DNA of 64,000 nucleotides from Callorhinchus milii (Eukaryota): positions 22,260,001 through 22,324,000 of the forward strand of contig NW_024704742.1 in the NCBI RefSeq assembly GCF_018977255.1, written 5' to 3'. Position numbers and translations under genes: made by a program. A model generated the notes under the pieces. That model was not told the origin of the DNA and made no database searches. It saw only the letters and a list, made by a program, of their open reading frames with translations. Shown one piece after another: positions 25,051 to 38,087 of the stretch (positions are counted from its first letter, which is position 1; each line of letters opens with the position of its first letter).

Positions 25051-25699
25051 GAATTGTTCAATAAGGGCGAGGCTAAATGACTATCTAATATGCCAACCCA
25101 TTTCGAGGTTAATCAAAAAAAAGTTATGCTCCTATGTGTAAGAATGCAACATAGCTACACAGCACAAGTAAATCGTGTCCCTAGTCACTTCACAACTTTG
25201 CACAATTCCACAACAGATGTTGATTACCTCTGATGTCCAATTTAAACAGACTGGGAGAGGCTTAGTTTCCCGAACATATTATGATAAGCCATACACTAGT
25301 GACTGTAAACAGAGGTGAAGACAAAATTGCAACAGACGTGAGGTTAAACAGTTTATATTGATAAAAGAATTCAATAACTTTAAAGATGTTTCCTTTGGCT
25401 CAAAATCAAAACGTCCAGCCATAGAAACCAAAACTATTTTCGCTAAATCAGAGTTAAGCCTGGAACCCCGCATGGGATGCAACAACAACAACATTTATAG
25501 CCCTCTTCACGCCGGACTGGTCCTTGGAGTGCTTGATGCACAACTGAGATGCTGCTCTCTGTAGCCGGCAACAACAAAGAACCACAGGCGAATAAATGTA
25601 CAAATCACACTAGCAAGGCACGCACCACAGCCAGTTTAAAAAGTCAAAGGGTTGTTCACACCAGAAAATAGTCAAACCTACTTTTGATTGCAGTTTGGG

Positions 25700-26250
25700 G
25701 TTATGTACTGATCATGACCCATGATGTTCAGATTTGAGCACCAACCAGAGGAAAGATATACTAGTCTTGGAGGAGATCCAGCTTCAATTCACCAGATTAC
25801 TACATGGGTAAAGGGGTTGGGTCGTGAGAATATGTGTAAACCTGAGGTACGTATTACAGAAGCTAAGGGTGATCTGTTTAAGGTGTTTAAAATATATAAT
25901 AATATTTTAACAAACTAGATATAGGATTTTTCTCTCTGGTGGAGGATCTAAAACCATCTAAAATTGATGCTAAACTGGTTAAAGGTAAGATCAGAAAATA
26001 TTTGATCCAACAAAGGATTATGAAAGTGTGAACTGCCCAAAAAAGCAGTAAATGCAGAAGAGATCGGGCTGCTTAAAGGGAGATGGATAAATACTTGGGA
26101 AATAAAGATATGAAGAAGGGATATGAAGTAAAAGTAATAATATTAAATAATAATCCTTGCATCTGATATAGTTTTTTTTCACATTGTTAAGGCATCTCAA
26201 AGCGCTTCACCTAAACTTTGAATGAACAGGCTCGATGGGCTGAATGGGCT
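25700..26250 (+). mobile_element. Degenerate CR1 fragment with a minus-strand SINE tail inserted at ~26135-26210
   Basis: Peptide-like GDLFKVFKI, the CR1 3' motif gaacaggctcgatgggctgaatgg, and an embedded aataatccttgcatctgatatag...ctcaaagcgcttcac. Confidence 0.65.
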
Positions 26251-28789
26251 CACGCCCATGACCCTCGCCACCCCCCCCCCTCACTCTTGCTCCTATGAAT
26301 AAATGTGAACGGAAGTACATTAATGTTATGTTATATTTCAATACACATAATGGGAAGCCTTACGTACTACTGGATGTGCTCAGATTTAAATATCAGTACA
26401 ATCTAGTCAGGCCATTTGCTAACACTTAAGAGAAAACATTGGTTTTACTATAGACAAGTGAACTCTGCCAAGTAAAGACTTTATGTAAGTAGACAAACAG
26501 TTATTTAGAATCAACCTGTTTATTGCTGATGCTCCTGGTTTTGCCTACATGTCTGCAAGAGAGAAAGAGGGGCGAGAGACTGTGGGTGAGAAGGAAAGAA
26601 CTACAGCAATTTTAGTTCAATACTATTGTTTCAACAGTTTGTCACTGCAGATCAGTATAGCAGTCAGTTATAAAGTAATTAATGTACGAAATTAATATCG
26701 GTTTCAGTATCAGTTTGAAGTTTAAGCTGTAAGGCTCTTCAATTTTGAAGTTGAGGCATCACTAATGAGCTTGTTTACTGATCAACACACTGACATTTTT
26801 CATTATCACACGTTCAACCTGAGCATTACAGAGATGCACTTGAGGTAGTTTTGTGCCAGACTTCCTGTGCTGGTTAAGCGTGTTATAGGCAGTTTTAGCT
26901 GTTTCAATTTCAGCAATCTGTGCTGCTTTTATTTAAATATTTCTTGCAACTCAGGAGATGTTTTCCATTCTGGCAGTGAGAATAGTATCCAGAGACACTC
27001 AAGGTCTCCCACAGGACCCTTAACTTGACACAGAGGCCATGATAGCTGAGCTCAGACTGGTCTGAAAACTAATCCAGGGTTTCCATCATGTCAGTTATTG
27101 CCTTCATTTCATTACACAGAGATTTAGCCCTTAATGGATTCAGCTACACACTGTCTGCTATATAAAAAAAAAGAAAAAGAAAGAAAAAGCAATTTATTCA
27201 TGTTTTCACCAGAGCTTACTCTGGTCATGAAATTTCTCTGAAAATGCAAATCACTTAGTGCCATACGACTGAGACCAGTGCCTAATGCTCTCAGTGGCAG
27301 CTCCTTTCCCACGGCTAATGTTTTTATACCCAATGATTGAATGAATCGATCACTGTATCATATTATCTCCATCACTCCATTTCTTTTTCTGAAGAAGCAC
27401 AACCCACAGTACTAACACAACCACTCCTTCGCCTCGAGACAATTGATTATCCCCAATAATTTGCTCCTTCTATTGAATGTTACAGAAAAGGAATTATTTT
27501 TTCAATTATTCAGAATGAAAACATGTGTCGAGGAAATCAATAGGGGCATTGCTGGTATTGCGCTGGAATTACAAAAAGATTTGGCAAGGACTGAAGACAA
27601 GATATAAAATTATTGAGGATCATACTCTTCTTGGCTGAAAGGTTGTAGTACTTTAAAACTATTTGTAAGGAGAATAGATACACAAAAAGCATTTGGTAGG
27701 AATCAAAGCTGTTTTTTGTCTGAATTTTGTGCACAGCCATTTAAAAACAGTGAAATAAAAATTGCTACAGTACTATGCTAATTTGGTATGGTTTTGTAGC
27801 TGATGCGATTAAAAATTATATGCAATATCAGACATTCAAATACTGATACAATTTTAAAACAATGTTGATTGAATTCCATTGTGTAATTGTTTTCTTTGCA
27901 TTTTAAATTTCAGTCGAGGCAATAAACTCTAGTCTAACATTTACTTAATAGCAGCTGAACCAATTATTTCTCAGAAGAATTGTTTTGTGATTTCCCAGCA
28001 GTGACTTCAGCTCTGATACTGTGAGCATTTCACAATAACCTTTTGTCTATCCTATTTCTTTTGTAAACTTTGCACTCGATTCATATTTTGTATCTTTAAA
28101 AATATACAAAATACAGTCACTACCACTTTATAGTGAATCCCATGAAGCAATTTGGGACATCCTCCCAATGTGAAAGGAGCTGTACCAAATGGAAGGATTA
28201 TTATGTATAAGGCTAAAGTTGGTCATTTTTAATTGGACTGCAAGTATACAAGTGCACAAACAAAATACATAATTATAATTTTTTTTAATTAAAGTAGGTA
28301 TGTTTTGCCATGCTGCAAGAAAATTGGCTTGTGACATTGGTGAGGGTGGTATTTCTTTCCAGAATGCTCACCCCTTAGTGAGTTTTTTTGGGTCAGCTGA
28401 GTGTCTGACATATGCAGAAACCCACCACCATGATTAAGAGTATCCAAACCAGACCGGCATCCAAACCATGGTGAGACATATATTGGTGAAATCATCAGAA
28501 TGACATCGACAGCAGCTATAGATTGCATCAACGTTTATGATCAGAGAATAAAGAATAGGGAAGAGAAATAGGGAAACAAAAAATTATGCTAATAATCTAA
28601 GTGCAAGGTGAACTGATAACTTAATAGGCACAGTGATCATTAATCAATGCAGCAACAATTGCTTTTATTGGGAGTCAACATTTCTAATCTTATTCCATTT
28701 GAAGCCTTTTAGCTTTAAACCCATGTCTGCTCAGTATCTAAGTCCAATTCCCTTCTCACATCTATGGTTTTCTCCCCACTTCACTATCT

Positions 28790-29080
28790 GCTGCCTCCAC
28801 TTGGCTGGCTCTTCCCTCCGGCTTGACCTTGTCCCCTCCGCTACACCATTGGTGACTGTGCTTTCAGCCAATATGCCACAAAACTTTGGAACTCTCTCCC
28901 CCAATCCCTCCACCTTGCCTCCTACTTCCCCTCTTTTAGATCATGACTGAAGACCTTCCTCTTTGATCGTACTTGATCGTACTTAATAGTGGCGAGCTCA
29001 ACTGAGCTCGTCACTATTAAGCGCTCTGAGATGCTGTCCTGCTTGCAGGGCATTATATAAATGCAGTTGCAGTTGTTGTC
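28790..29080 (+). mobile_element. L2 LINE 3' end carrying an internal fold-back palindrome
   Basis: gctttcagccaatatgccacaaaactttggaactctctcccc...aagcgctctgagatgctgtcctgcttgcagggcattatataaatgcagttg. Confidence 0.8.
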
Positions 29081-29159
29081 ATATCTTTAAAGAGCAATCG
29101 TATCAGTCCCATTTACCCATATTTTTAGTTTACGTATCCTACATTTGTTACAGGTAGCT

Positions 29160-29460
29160 AGAATTTCTCAAAGCACTTCATAGGATTTACTGTAAAGTGT
29201 ATTGACTGTATTTTTGTGGGCAAACATAGCAGCCAATTTGCACATTGCAATGGCCTCCAGACACATGAAGTGAGTGACCAATTGTATCTGGGAGATTGTT
29301 GGTCAGGGCATTCAAAAAAACTCTTCTCTTTTTGGCTAGTGCCATGGGCTCTTTAATGTCACTTGAACAAGAACCTAAAGTCAGGATCTTGCTTTCACAG
29401 CTCAGCCATAGTACTGTACCTCCAGCAATGCAGCACTCCACAAGCCATGAATTGGTGTTT
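29160..29460 (-). mobile_element. Deu-domain SINE, diverged, minus strand
   Basis: ctcaaagcacttcataggatttactgtaaagtg...gtgccatgggctctttaatgtcacttgaaca...caatgcagcactcc. Confidence 0.75.
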
Positions 29461-31059
29461 GACATTCGTGGTCTGCATGGCTCGAGGAGAGCAGAGGGGT
29501 GGGTGGGGGGTGGGGGGGGAAGCTGCTAGTCAGATGAAGGTGTTCTTGAATGGAATAAGTCTGCCTCATATTATTCGTCTGCTCAGATGGGGTGGTATCA
29601 TCAGCAAATATTACAGTATCACAAGACGTGTTGCTCTTTATGTCACTTCTGGTTCGTTGTCAGATTCCGCCACTATGAAGCGCTACCCAGCGTGAAGGAA
29701 GCTATATAGATGCAAGTTGCTGCTGTTGTTCTGATCCTTGATAAAGAAGGCCATGCATTTATTAAGATTCATGTCTAAACTCTAATCCATGTGAGAGCAT
29801 TGCACATGCTAGCCTTGATGTTGCCCTGTATTTCAGTTAGTTGTGTGAATTCCAGAATTGGGCATGGAAATACCACTCTGCCAATGGTACGTAGTGTACT
29901 TTAGTTAACTTGTTTCACAGCAGAACTCCATTATTTCCTAAATCTCCCCGCCAGTTGAAATGTGACAAATGATAAACTTTTTCTTCTGTCCTTCAGTAGG
30001 ATTAATAAAAATCACATTCCAATAATTGTGATTAAATGTACAACTTTAGCAAATCAAAGTTTTAGCGGAATTGTACATTTAACTTTTTGCAGTTACGTCA
30101 GCATTGATAAATATTTAAAGCAAAACAACAGCAATAAGAAAAAGAGGGTGTCCTGTTCCCGGATGGATAATGAAATATACTGCATGGTCATTTGGTATTA
30201 GTGAAAACAATTTAGTTGTTTGTGCCACAACAGCAGCAACTTTTATTTGTATAGCGCCCTTCACACGGAAGTGCTGTCTCCAAGCACTTTAGAGCTGTGG
30301 CAGACACGACTATCGAAAAAAAATTTCAGCAGAAGTGTAGAAGGGTTTTTGGGGGCCAGAACCCTTTTCTTACTGTGACTTGAGTAACTCCCATATCTGC
30401 CAAACACACTCCTAAGCATTTAATTCTATATGTAACATAGAAAGATAAAACGTGTAGCAAACAGCATCATAGATTTCGACAAGCATCAAAGCAGTGGTAA
30501 ATCTTCTGTACAGATAGTCGACATACTCTTGAAATATAAATCATAGTAGGGAGGAACATAATTAAATTTAGATCAAACGGGAACTACCCCATCAATTATA
30601 CAAATTATGTCCTAATGTATGACTAACATGAATAAACCACGATCAATTAAACAACATTATTTACCGTAGATCACATTCCCTCAGTAATCAAAACATACTT
30701 TGTCAGAGCTTGAATTTCTGAAGCAGAACTTGATCAAATCGATTTGCCAGTAGTCATTACTGGTAATTTTTCTAAAATAAACATGCGAATAGTCTTCTGA
30801 GGAAAGCTGCTCTCACACTTGTGCACTGCATGTATAATCAGTGTTTAACTCTAGGCTGCACAGTGCTGTCTGTTAATTCATGGATTATATTATTTAAACA
30901 AGGGTCAAAGCTGCCTTGTATTCCTTTGGGTAAGATCTGTGAGTTGGAGGAGATTTCATTGAAGCATTATCCTGCATAGCGTTTTCATAGACTTATATCT
31001 GTTGTTCCCCTTTCATTTACTCTATCATTGCTGTGGTTTAATATACATAATTTAAATAA

Positions 31060-31260
31060 CAAGGGAATGTCTCTGGGCTCAAAACCACCTGCTGGCTTTT
31101 ATTAGCTAATTAATGATAATTTATCTGCGTTACTTAATTGAGTAGAGCTATTAGCCTTTAGGAATCTCTGTGCAATGTAAGAATTCTGATTATAATTGTG
31201 CTCATTTCATAAAGACTCCTTAAAGAAAGTTCTCTGTCATACTTGCCTGCAAGGCAAGAC
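31060..31260. promoter_or_regulatory. Candidate enhancer/CNE with POU/homeodomain sites
   Basis: TATTAGCTAATTAATGATAAT, CTTAATTG and a CACCTG E-box in unique sequence. Confidence 0.3.
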
Positions 31261-31502
31261 TGATACTATCCCTCTGAAACGGCCCGCTGTTGTTTTCTTG
31301 TTAAAAGCTTCTGTTTAAGCATTCCCCTAGCTTTCACTCTGCTGAGCATTCAGCCCTTACTTGGTTAGTCTTTACCAAGGAATGAACATCTGAATGTTCA
31401 CTGTGTTAACACATTTCAAAATTAAAAAAAGAAATGCAGACCCATCAGATTTACAACACAAGACATTTTAGGAAGAAGACCTCTTTTGCTATTATGCCCA
31501 AC

Positions 31503-31858
31503 CAGTCCTGCACCGTATTGGTTAGAGCACTCCACTCTCAAGTGAGAAGTCCCAGGTTCGATTCCCTTAGGCAAGTTTCCTTTCTTCACACACTTCTGTT
31601 TACCAAGCAGTAAGTAGAAACCCGCTTGTTAGTCGATTGGTGGATTGCTTTTCGGAATTAATAATCTCTTCAAAAAAAATAATAATCAGGTCATTCAACC
31701 CAGGACTGTTTGTGGGACACTGCTGTGCGCATTTGGCTGCTGCGTTTCACCCAGAAATAAACAGTCAATTCACTTTACAGTATATTCTGTGAATCTCTTT
31801 GAGACGTCTCAACGACGTGATAAGGTCCTATGTCAGATGCAACAATTATTATTATTAA
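31503..31858 (+). mobile_element. tRNA-headed SINE, long subtype
   Basis: Head ggttagagcac...aggttcgattcc, extra segment ctgtttaccaagcagtaagtagaaacccgcttgttagtcgattgg, and a standard tail. Confidence 0.85.
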
Positions 31859-32440
31859 CCATCCTGTTCCATTATGTTCAACTCAATGCCACCTAGCTCA
31901 CCAAATCCTTTTATCTCTCAATGAAAATGGATCTCGTAACCTCTGACCCTATTCATATTGTACACCACAATTAGTCAAAAACATTTTTGGGAATTGAAAA
32001 TCAAAAGTATTATGTAAAAAAAGGAACAGACACAACTTAATTCCTACCATAACATTTATATGTAGGGAATCTATTGGGGTAATAGGGAAAGAAGTACTGA
32101 GCACCAGGCATCTTCAGAGTCAAACAATAAACTTTAAATTAAACTAAACCGGCAACACGTGCTGGCAGCTTCTCTGGGAGAACATATACCAAAACCTGAT
32201 TATAAAACATCCCGCTGAACCCTTTCCTCTCTCCCTTTATGCCAGGTAGTTCTTCCAATTTGGGGAGATTGGACTCTGCCACCACAGGGGACTTGTTCCT
32301 TCTGTGCTCTAGAAGTCAAGTGTGATTCCTCATCCTCTCTCTACACTCGGGAACCACCTTCCTCCAAGAGCTCGGGGGTTAGTATGTTTATATTGCTATG
32401 TTGCTCTGCACTGCCCTTCCCCTGTCTGGTTATATTGCTA

Positions 32441-32788
32441 TAATAATAGTAATAATAATAATGATCCTTGCATTTGATATACTGCCTTATCACATCGTTG
32501 AGATGTCTCAAACGCTTCACAGAATATATTATAAAATGTGTATTTTGTGGGTGAAACTCGGCAGCCAATTGTGCACAGCAGTGTCCCACAAACAGTCATG
32601 GGGGGGGAGGGATTATTACCCCGGAAAGCAATCCGCCAATCGACTAACAACTGGGTTCCTACTTACTACCAGGGAAACAGAGATGTGCGGAGTGAAGAAA
32701 CTTGCCTAAGGTTTTGCCCCACCTAGGAATCGAATCCGGGTCCTTTCGCTTGCAAGGCGAGCGTGCCAACTAATAAGCTACAGGACTG
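32441..32788 (-). mobile_element. tRNA-headed SINE, long subtype, minus strand
   Basis: The reverse complement has cagtcctgtagc...ggattcgattcc, the same extra segment, and a (TAT)n tail. Confidence 0.88.
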
Positions 32789-33457
32789 CATATGGGAGCA
32801 TGGCCCTCATGTTTCCCACATGCAAAGTTTTCACGCATAGTCCGAGTCAATTACTCCCAAGACCATTAATCAAAATGGATAGTATATACAGACCATTAAA
32901 AGCCATCGACAGAAAACTAAAAAGATTTCCAAAGCTAGCCTTCCCACAACTTTATTTAAAAGTGCTTATTTTGAAACCAGTCTTGGCCAAAGCTGTCAGT
33001 AGCTGGTGAACTGATTAATGAGTTGATCTAATTAAAATAGTATTTTCACGAAATTGGCAGAAAAAGTTTTCCAAAATGTTTCTAAACTAAAGCTAATAAA
33101 ATGGCACGAATACCAGGTATTCCTATTTGCTGATTGTGTGAAATATGATTTTGTTAACTTCAGTCAGAATATAGGAGCCAAAAATAATGCAATGCGATAA
33201 TGAATACCTTGTGCTTCTGAAATGAACAAAAAATATATCCACGCACAAGTATATTGTAATGCATGTAACAACAGTTGTGACGGGCCAGTATCCAAATGGA
33301 ATTGTTTCGATTTGTAATGGGAATGTGCCATCTGTTTTCTTTAAAGGACAAGTGAAACTCCATGAACCATCCGCCCATTGGAGAAGCACTTCACGCTGAG
33401 GGTGAAACTTCACTGCTTTAACCAACCACAAAAACAGACATCATATTGAGCTATGAG

Positions 33458-33978
33458 CTGGGCCAATAGAAAAGTGCGGAAATATTTGCTCCAAATCGCG
33501 GGGCATTTGCCGAGTTTTGCGGGGAAATGAGGAGACGCTTGGTGGATTTTGCAGAAAGTTGTGGAGGGTTGATTGGTGCTATTGAGAGATGCATTTTGTG
33601 AAACAACCCGGATTAAAACTATAGACATATACTTCCTGAACATGTAGTTATGTTTAAAATACTAAAAATGTTAATTTGATTAGTACAGCATTTACCAAGA
33701 TTTGGTCGCAGGAGCTCAGGTTTCGCCGGGGGCCGGGTGAAGCCGATTTCCAGCTCGTGCCACTTCCGCAATCCCAACACTCCCTGTGCCACTCACACAC
33801 CTCTGGAGCTCTGCCCAGAGTAGCAGAGTCGAGCAAACAGCACACAGAGGCCCGAGGCCTAGCACACTCTGTGTACAGGTTTGTAGCGGAGGGGGATGTT
33901 TGTAGTGCGCTTGTAGCGGAGGGGCGTTTGCAGCGGATTCCGCCGAAAAAGTGCAGCCACACTTTTCTATTGGCCCAG
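33458..33978. mobile_element. Non-autonomous DNA transposon (MITE), 521 bp, 19-bp perfect TIRs, 8-bp TSD; possibly hAT-like
   Basis: TIR CTGGGCCAATAGAAAAGTG at 33458-33476 with its exact reverse complement at 33960-33978. TSD GCTATGAG at 33450-33457 and 33979-33986. Confidence 0.92.
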
Positions 33979-34330
33979 GCTATGAGCAACGATTAGACAA
34001 GCTAGGGCTCGTCACTCTTGAAAGGTGGTCTCAAAGGTGACCTCACAGAGGTAGAGATGATTTTAACTGAGATTGGAAAAGTAAACCCAGAACAGTACTT
34101 AGGAATGCACCAAGACAGCAGAACAAAAGGACAGAGTTTTAGAATTGCAAAGGACAATTTCAAGACAGATACTCGGAAGCTTTTCTTCACTCAGAGGGTA
34201 TCAACGACTGGAACAGGTTGCCAGGAGGGAGCAAGTCCAGGATACTGGAGTTATTTTAAAAAAACAGCTTGACTGCTGTGATGGGGGAATGGGAGAGTGG
34301 GTTTTCAGCAAGGATGAGATGGGGAGGGGT
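33979..34330 (+). mobile_element. CR1-clade LINE 3' fragment (target of the MITE)
   Basis: YEQRLDKLGL and KGDLTEV...DSRTKGQSFRIAKDNFKTDTRKLFFTQRV; similar to 11370-11600. Confidence 0.85.
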
Positions 34331-34739
34331 TAGATAGCTTAGTACAGAGGTCTAATATTTTGTATGACTGAGTGGAGTTGTGCAGTGGAAGTAGACCTGG
34401 TTTCTTACATAATGATAATGTACAAAAGGTGTGTGGGATCACTTGCCTCCCGATTCCTTGCTCTTTTCCAGGCACCTTTTATAGTGTTTTTATATCAATC
34501 TATAAACATCTGACACTTATATCAGCAGCCGATCTGTCCTACTATTTAGCCCAGTGTTGAGGGCACCAGTGATATTCACTGCCACTGTTAAGTGGATTAC
34601 CAGTTACAGCTTCTTTAGTGAATCCAAACCTGGTCCACCACTGCTCATTTACTCAGATAACTTGTTGCACTGCAGTGACTGCTACAATTTTTGATATTCC
34701 AATACTGCTTACATGCATAGTAAGGAGTATTGGATGATT

Positions 34740-34862
34740 GTCTGATGGCAGAAATTTGCCCATAAAAACAGTCACTCCATTTTACAGTATATCCTGTGAA
34801 GCACTTTGAGACATCCTCGTGACATGAAAAGTATTATATCAAATGCAAAGATTTTTAATTAT
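34740..34862 (+). mobile_element. SINE 3' fragment
   Basis: gcccataaaaacagtcac...gtgaagcactttgagacatcc...tatatcaaatgcaaag. Confidence 0.75.
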
Positions 34863-35484
34863 TTTATCTCCACCTTAATTTGGATATGTCCAGTAATGTC
34901 ATAATCTACTGCTCTGTTCCAGTAAAATACGACACTATCAGCCCAGGTTTCTTTGTTGAGTTCAACTGGTATACTGCAAAGTGGCTCAAAAGGCAGTTTC
35001 ACTTCCATCCCTAGATAGTTGTTAATTATAGACTGACGTTGACTGGCATTTTCACCGGTGATAGTTATCATTTTATACCATGCAATTTTTACCCCTATAT
35101 TTACAAAAAAATGCTACTCTCCAAACTGACCCTTTAAATTTGCTTTGCCAGAGTATTATTTCTCATTCAAATTAATTGTACGATTTAGTACAATAAAAAG
35201 CAATTATTTAGAATTCAACGTTAGTCTAATTCACAACACTGGACATAAAAAATAGAAATAAATAATCCTGGCATGTGATATAGAACTTTATCAAATCATC
35301 AAAACATCTCAAGGACTTTACAGGACTTTACCGTAAAATGTATGGACTTGATCAGCTCCAAAATGACTGCCTCTCCCTCTCCGAAGCTAAACCTTCCTAG
35401 TTCTACCAACTACAAGCTCCAGTTGATCTAAAACATTGTTGCAAGCCCTTCACTCCACTGGATCCTGTTCTTCTAGATCATGTG

Positions 35485-35790
35485 GATTCCTGTAACTCAA
35501 TGGTTAGAGCAAGCAAGAGATCTGGGTTCGATTCCCGGCAGGGCAAAACCTTGGCCAAGTTTCCTTATTCCACACGCCTGATAATAATCCCTCAAGAAAA
35601 AAACAATAATATATTGGTCACTTCAAGCCACGACTGTTCGTGGGACACTGCTGTGCGCAATTGCCTGCCGCGTTTCGCCCACAAATATAGTAGATTCACT
35701 TTACAGTATATTCTGTGAAGCGCTTTGAGACGTCTAGAAGATGTGAAAAGTACTATATCAAATGCAAGGATTATTATTAATATTATTATA
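35485..35790 (+). mobile_element. tRNA-headed SINE, near full length
   Basis: gattcctgtaactcaatggttagagc...gggttcgattcccggcagggc...gtgaagcgctttgagacgtc...atgcaaggattattatt. Confidence 0.9.
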
Positions 35791-37598
35791 ACTTCAATAT
35801 TTTCACAAGCGGCTATCAATCCCTTTAAGCCTGAGTACCTCCCTATTTCTGTGATGTTCTCGCAACACTCTTCTGCTTGCTCCTTCCACTTGGTTAACTT
35901 GGCCTTGCTGCATGGCACCTGCCCATGCAATCATTGCTGAGGCTTCAAGTACTGTGCCTCTGACCTCTGGACTCCCTCCCTCTACCCTTCCATCTTGTTT
36001 TCCCCTCTCTCTTCCCACCTAAAAATGTAATTCTCTGACCCTGCCAATAGCCACTTTCTCCTTCCCCCACTACTCAACAGCGAACCCCCACTATGAAGGG
36101 CTCCAAAATGTGGAGTGCACTATATAAATGCAATTTTCTGTATTTGTGGGTTTAACTACTCTTGTAAAAAGGCTCCACAAAATGAACTAAAGCAGTCTTG
36201 AACATCAGTCAAAATATTTAAGGAAAACCTTTACTAGACTGTGCTGTGATGTGCTGAGGAGTTACATCCTAACAAAAAAAAGGTAGTTATCGGTTCACCT
36301 ACAGGAAACTAGATAACTAATTTTATTATTAATATAATGATTGAAACTAATGACAGATCATGTGGTTGTCTTTTTCATCAGGTTCAGATTTAGGTGAGTT
36401 GGGTTACACATGCGAAAAATATTACAGATGAGTCTGAAAAACGCATGCAGTATTCTGAAAATCTGTCTCTGGTATAAAATAGAAATGACCGATGCACTTC
36501 ATCTTCCACTGATTACAGGGAGCTATTAAAAATGATGTTGAAAACAATGCATAAGTGGGAAAGCTCACATTTATCTTGTTTATGATGAAATTACTGGACA
36601 GTCCTCAACTGAGTTGTTTATGACTTAAAAATATTCAAACCATCATGCTTTAAATATTGCCATTATCATTTCCAGTCTTCCTGTCTCCACATGCTCCAGG
36701 GATTTAAGAGATGAATAGGAGCAATAAGTTCACTTTGCAGAATTAATGCAGTAATTCTTTATCATAAGAATTGAGCATTACCTTAGACTGAGTTTTATGT
36801 GAAATGGTTTGAAGCCTCTTTTTTTTAATGATGGCCCTAATTTGTTAACTCCTTTTAAATTATTAATTCCTTTATATTCGAGTAGTTATTACATGTCATA
36901 ACAGTATATCTATGAGGTGAAATTTAATAGCATCTGCTGAACCTTAGAAATGGGTTTGGGAAGTGAAAAGCTATTAAAAAATTGATAATGAGCTAACTGT
37001 TTGCCTCAACAGATTCACAGAAATGACAATTTTAATCACCAAGGGTCTTGCCTTATCCACTTTCAAAGGCACAATGTTTAAATAAACTATTTACACTGTC
37101 AGATTTATAGCTTAACACGATTGTCTAGAGACATTTTCTGAAGCATGCTTTACAAAGTCTTTTCAGTAATTGTGTCGAAGAAGGTCTTGACATCAAAACA
37201 ATACTGGAACAGAGAAGAGATTGCTTGCACTTCGGATAACTTGTCCTCTACTTCGCAAGCCTATTTGTATTTTTTTTTCCGTTTCAAAAGTTTTTCTGTT
37301 CAATAAACTGTGAAAGTAACATTGTGTACTATTTTTACTGGTGTATTTCATAACATGTCTGTTTGATGAAAACTGATCAAACATAGATCAATAGGGAAAG
37401 TAGAGTATGCAATTATATGCGACTAACGTCTACTATACTAGAAGAATGTGGCTGTCTAAATCCTATTCTTTACCATGCATTGAGAAACAAGGGTCTTGCT
37501 TGCTAGAAAACCCAATTATTGTACCTTTCTTGTCCTATGTCCACCATGAGTCTATATGATTAGATCCTTGCAAAAAAACAAGAAAAAGGTCAAGTATT

Positions 37599-37627
37599 TT
37601 AACATTTCAGTTTTGATTCTGGGTGTC
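37599..37627 (-). CDS. Candidate terminal coding exon of TTC29 ((G)HPESKLKC*), tentative
   Basis: Strong acceptor tttttctctgcag|GA, phase-1 compatible with the exon ending at 49859, and a stop after 8 codons. No recognisable homology. Confidence 0.2.
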
Positions 37628-37974
37628 CTGCAGAGAAAAATTCAGTCCACACTGCAGAGCTTTAAGAGCAGAATTACTTTGCTGTAGACCTGCCACTTCA
37701 GAGTAATTGCAGCTTCAAGACTTGTAACAGTTCTCTCTGTTTCACAGTAAATATAAATAATATAAAAGTAATAAATAGGGATAAAGAAGGAGTTCTTGAT
37801 CAAAAAGCAGATGAATGAAGAAAAGGTTGGATGGAATTTAAACAAAAGTTTTAAGCTAATGGACAGTAATGAGCCCACACGGAGGCTGAAGCAGTGCTCC
37901 TCTTGAAAGCGGAAGTGTTACTACCAAATGACTTTCAGAAGAAAACAGATTGTAATATATACCATGTTTTCAGC

Positions 37975-38087
37975 ACCCACAGTCAATTCACTTTACACTA
38001 TATTCTACGAAGCGCTTTGAGGCGCTTCAATGACTTGATAAGGCGCTATATTAAATGCAAGGATTATTATTATACTGTATTATTATT
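37975..38087 (+). mobile_element. SINE 3' tail
   Basis: cagtcaattcactttacac...aaggcgctatattaaatgcaaggattattattat. Confidence 0.8.

Noticed and set aside
33654..33996. Transposase ORF in the MITE
   Set aside because: The 106-aa and 111-aa ORFs have no DDE or BED-finger motifs, and the element is too short to be autonomous.
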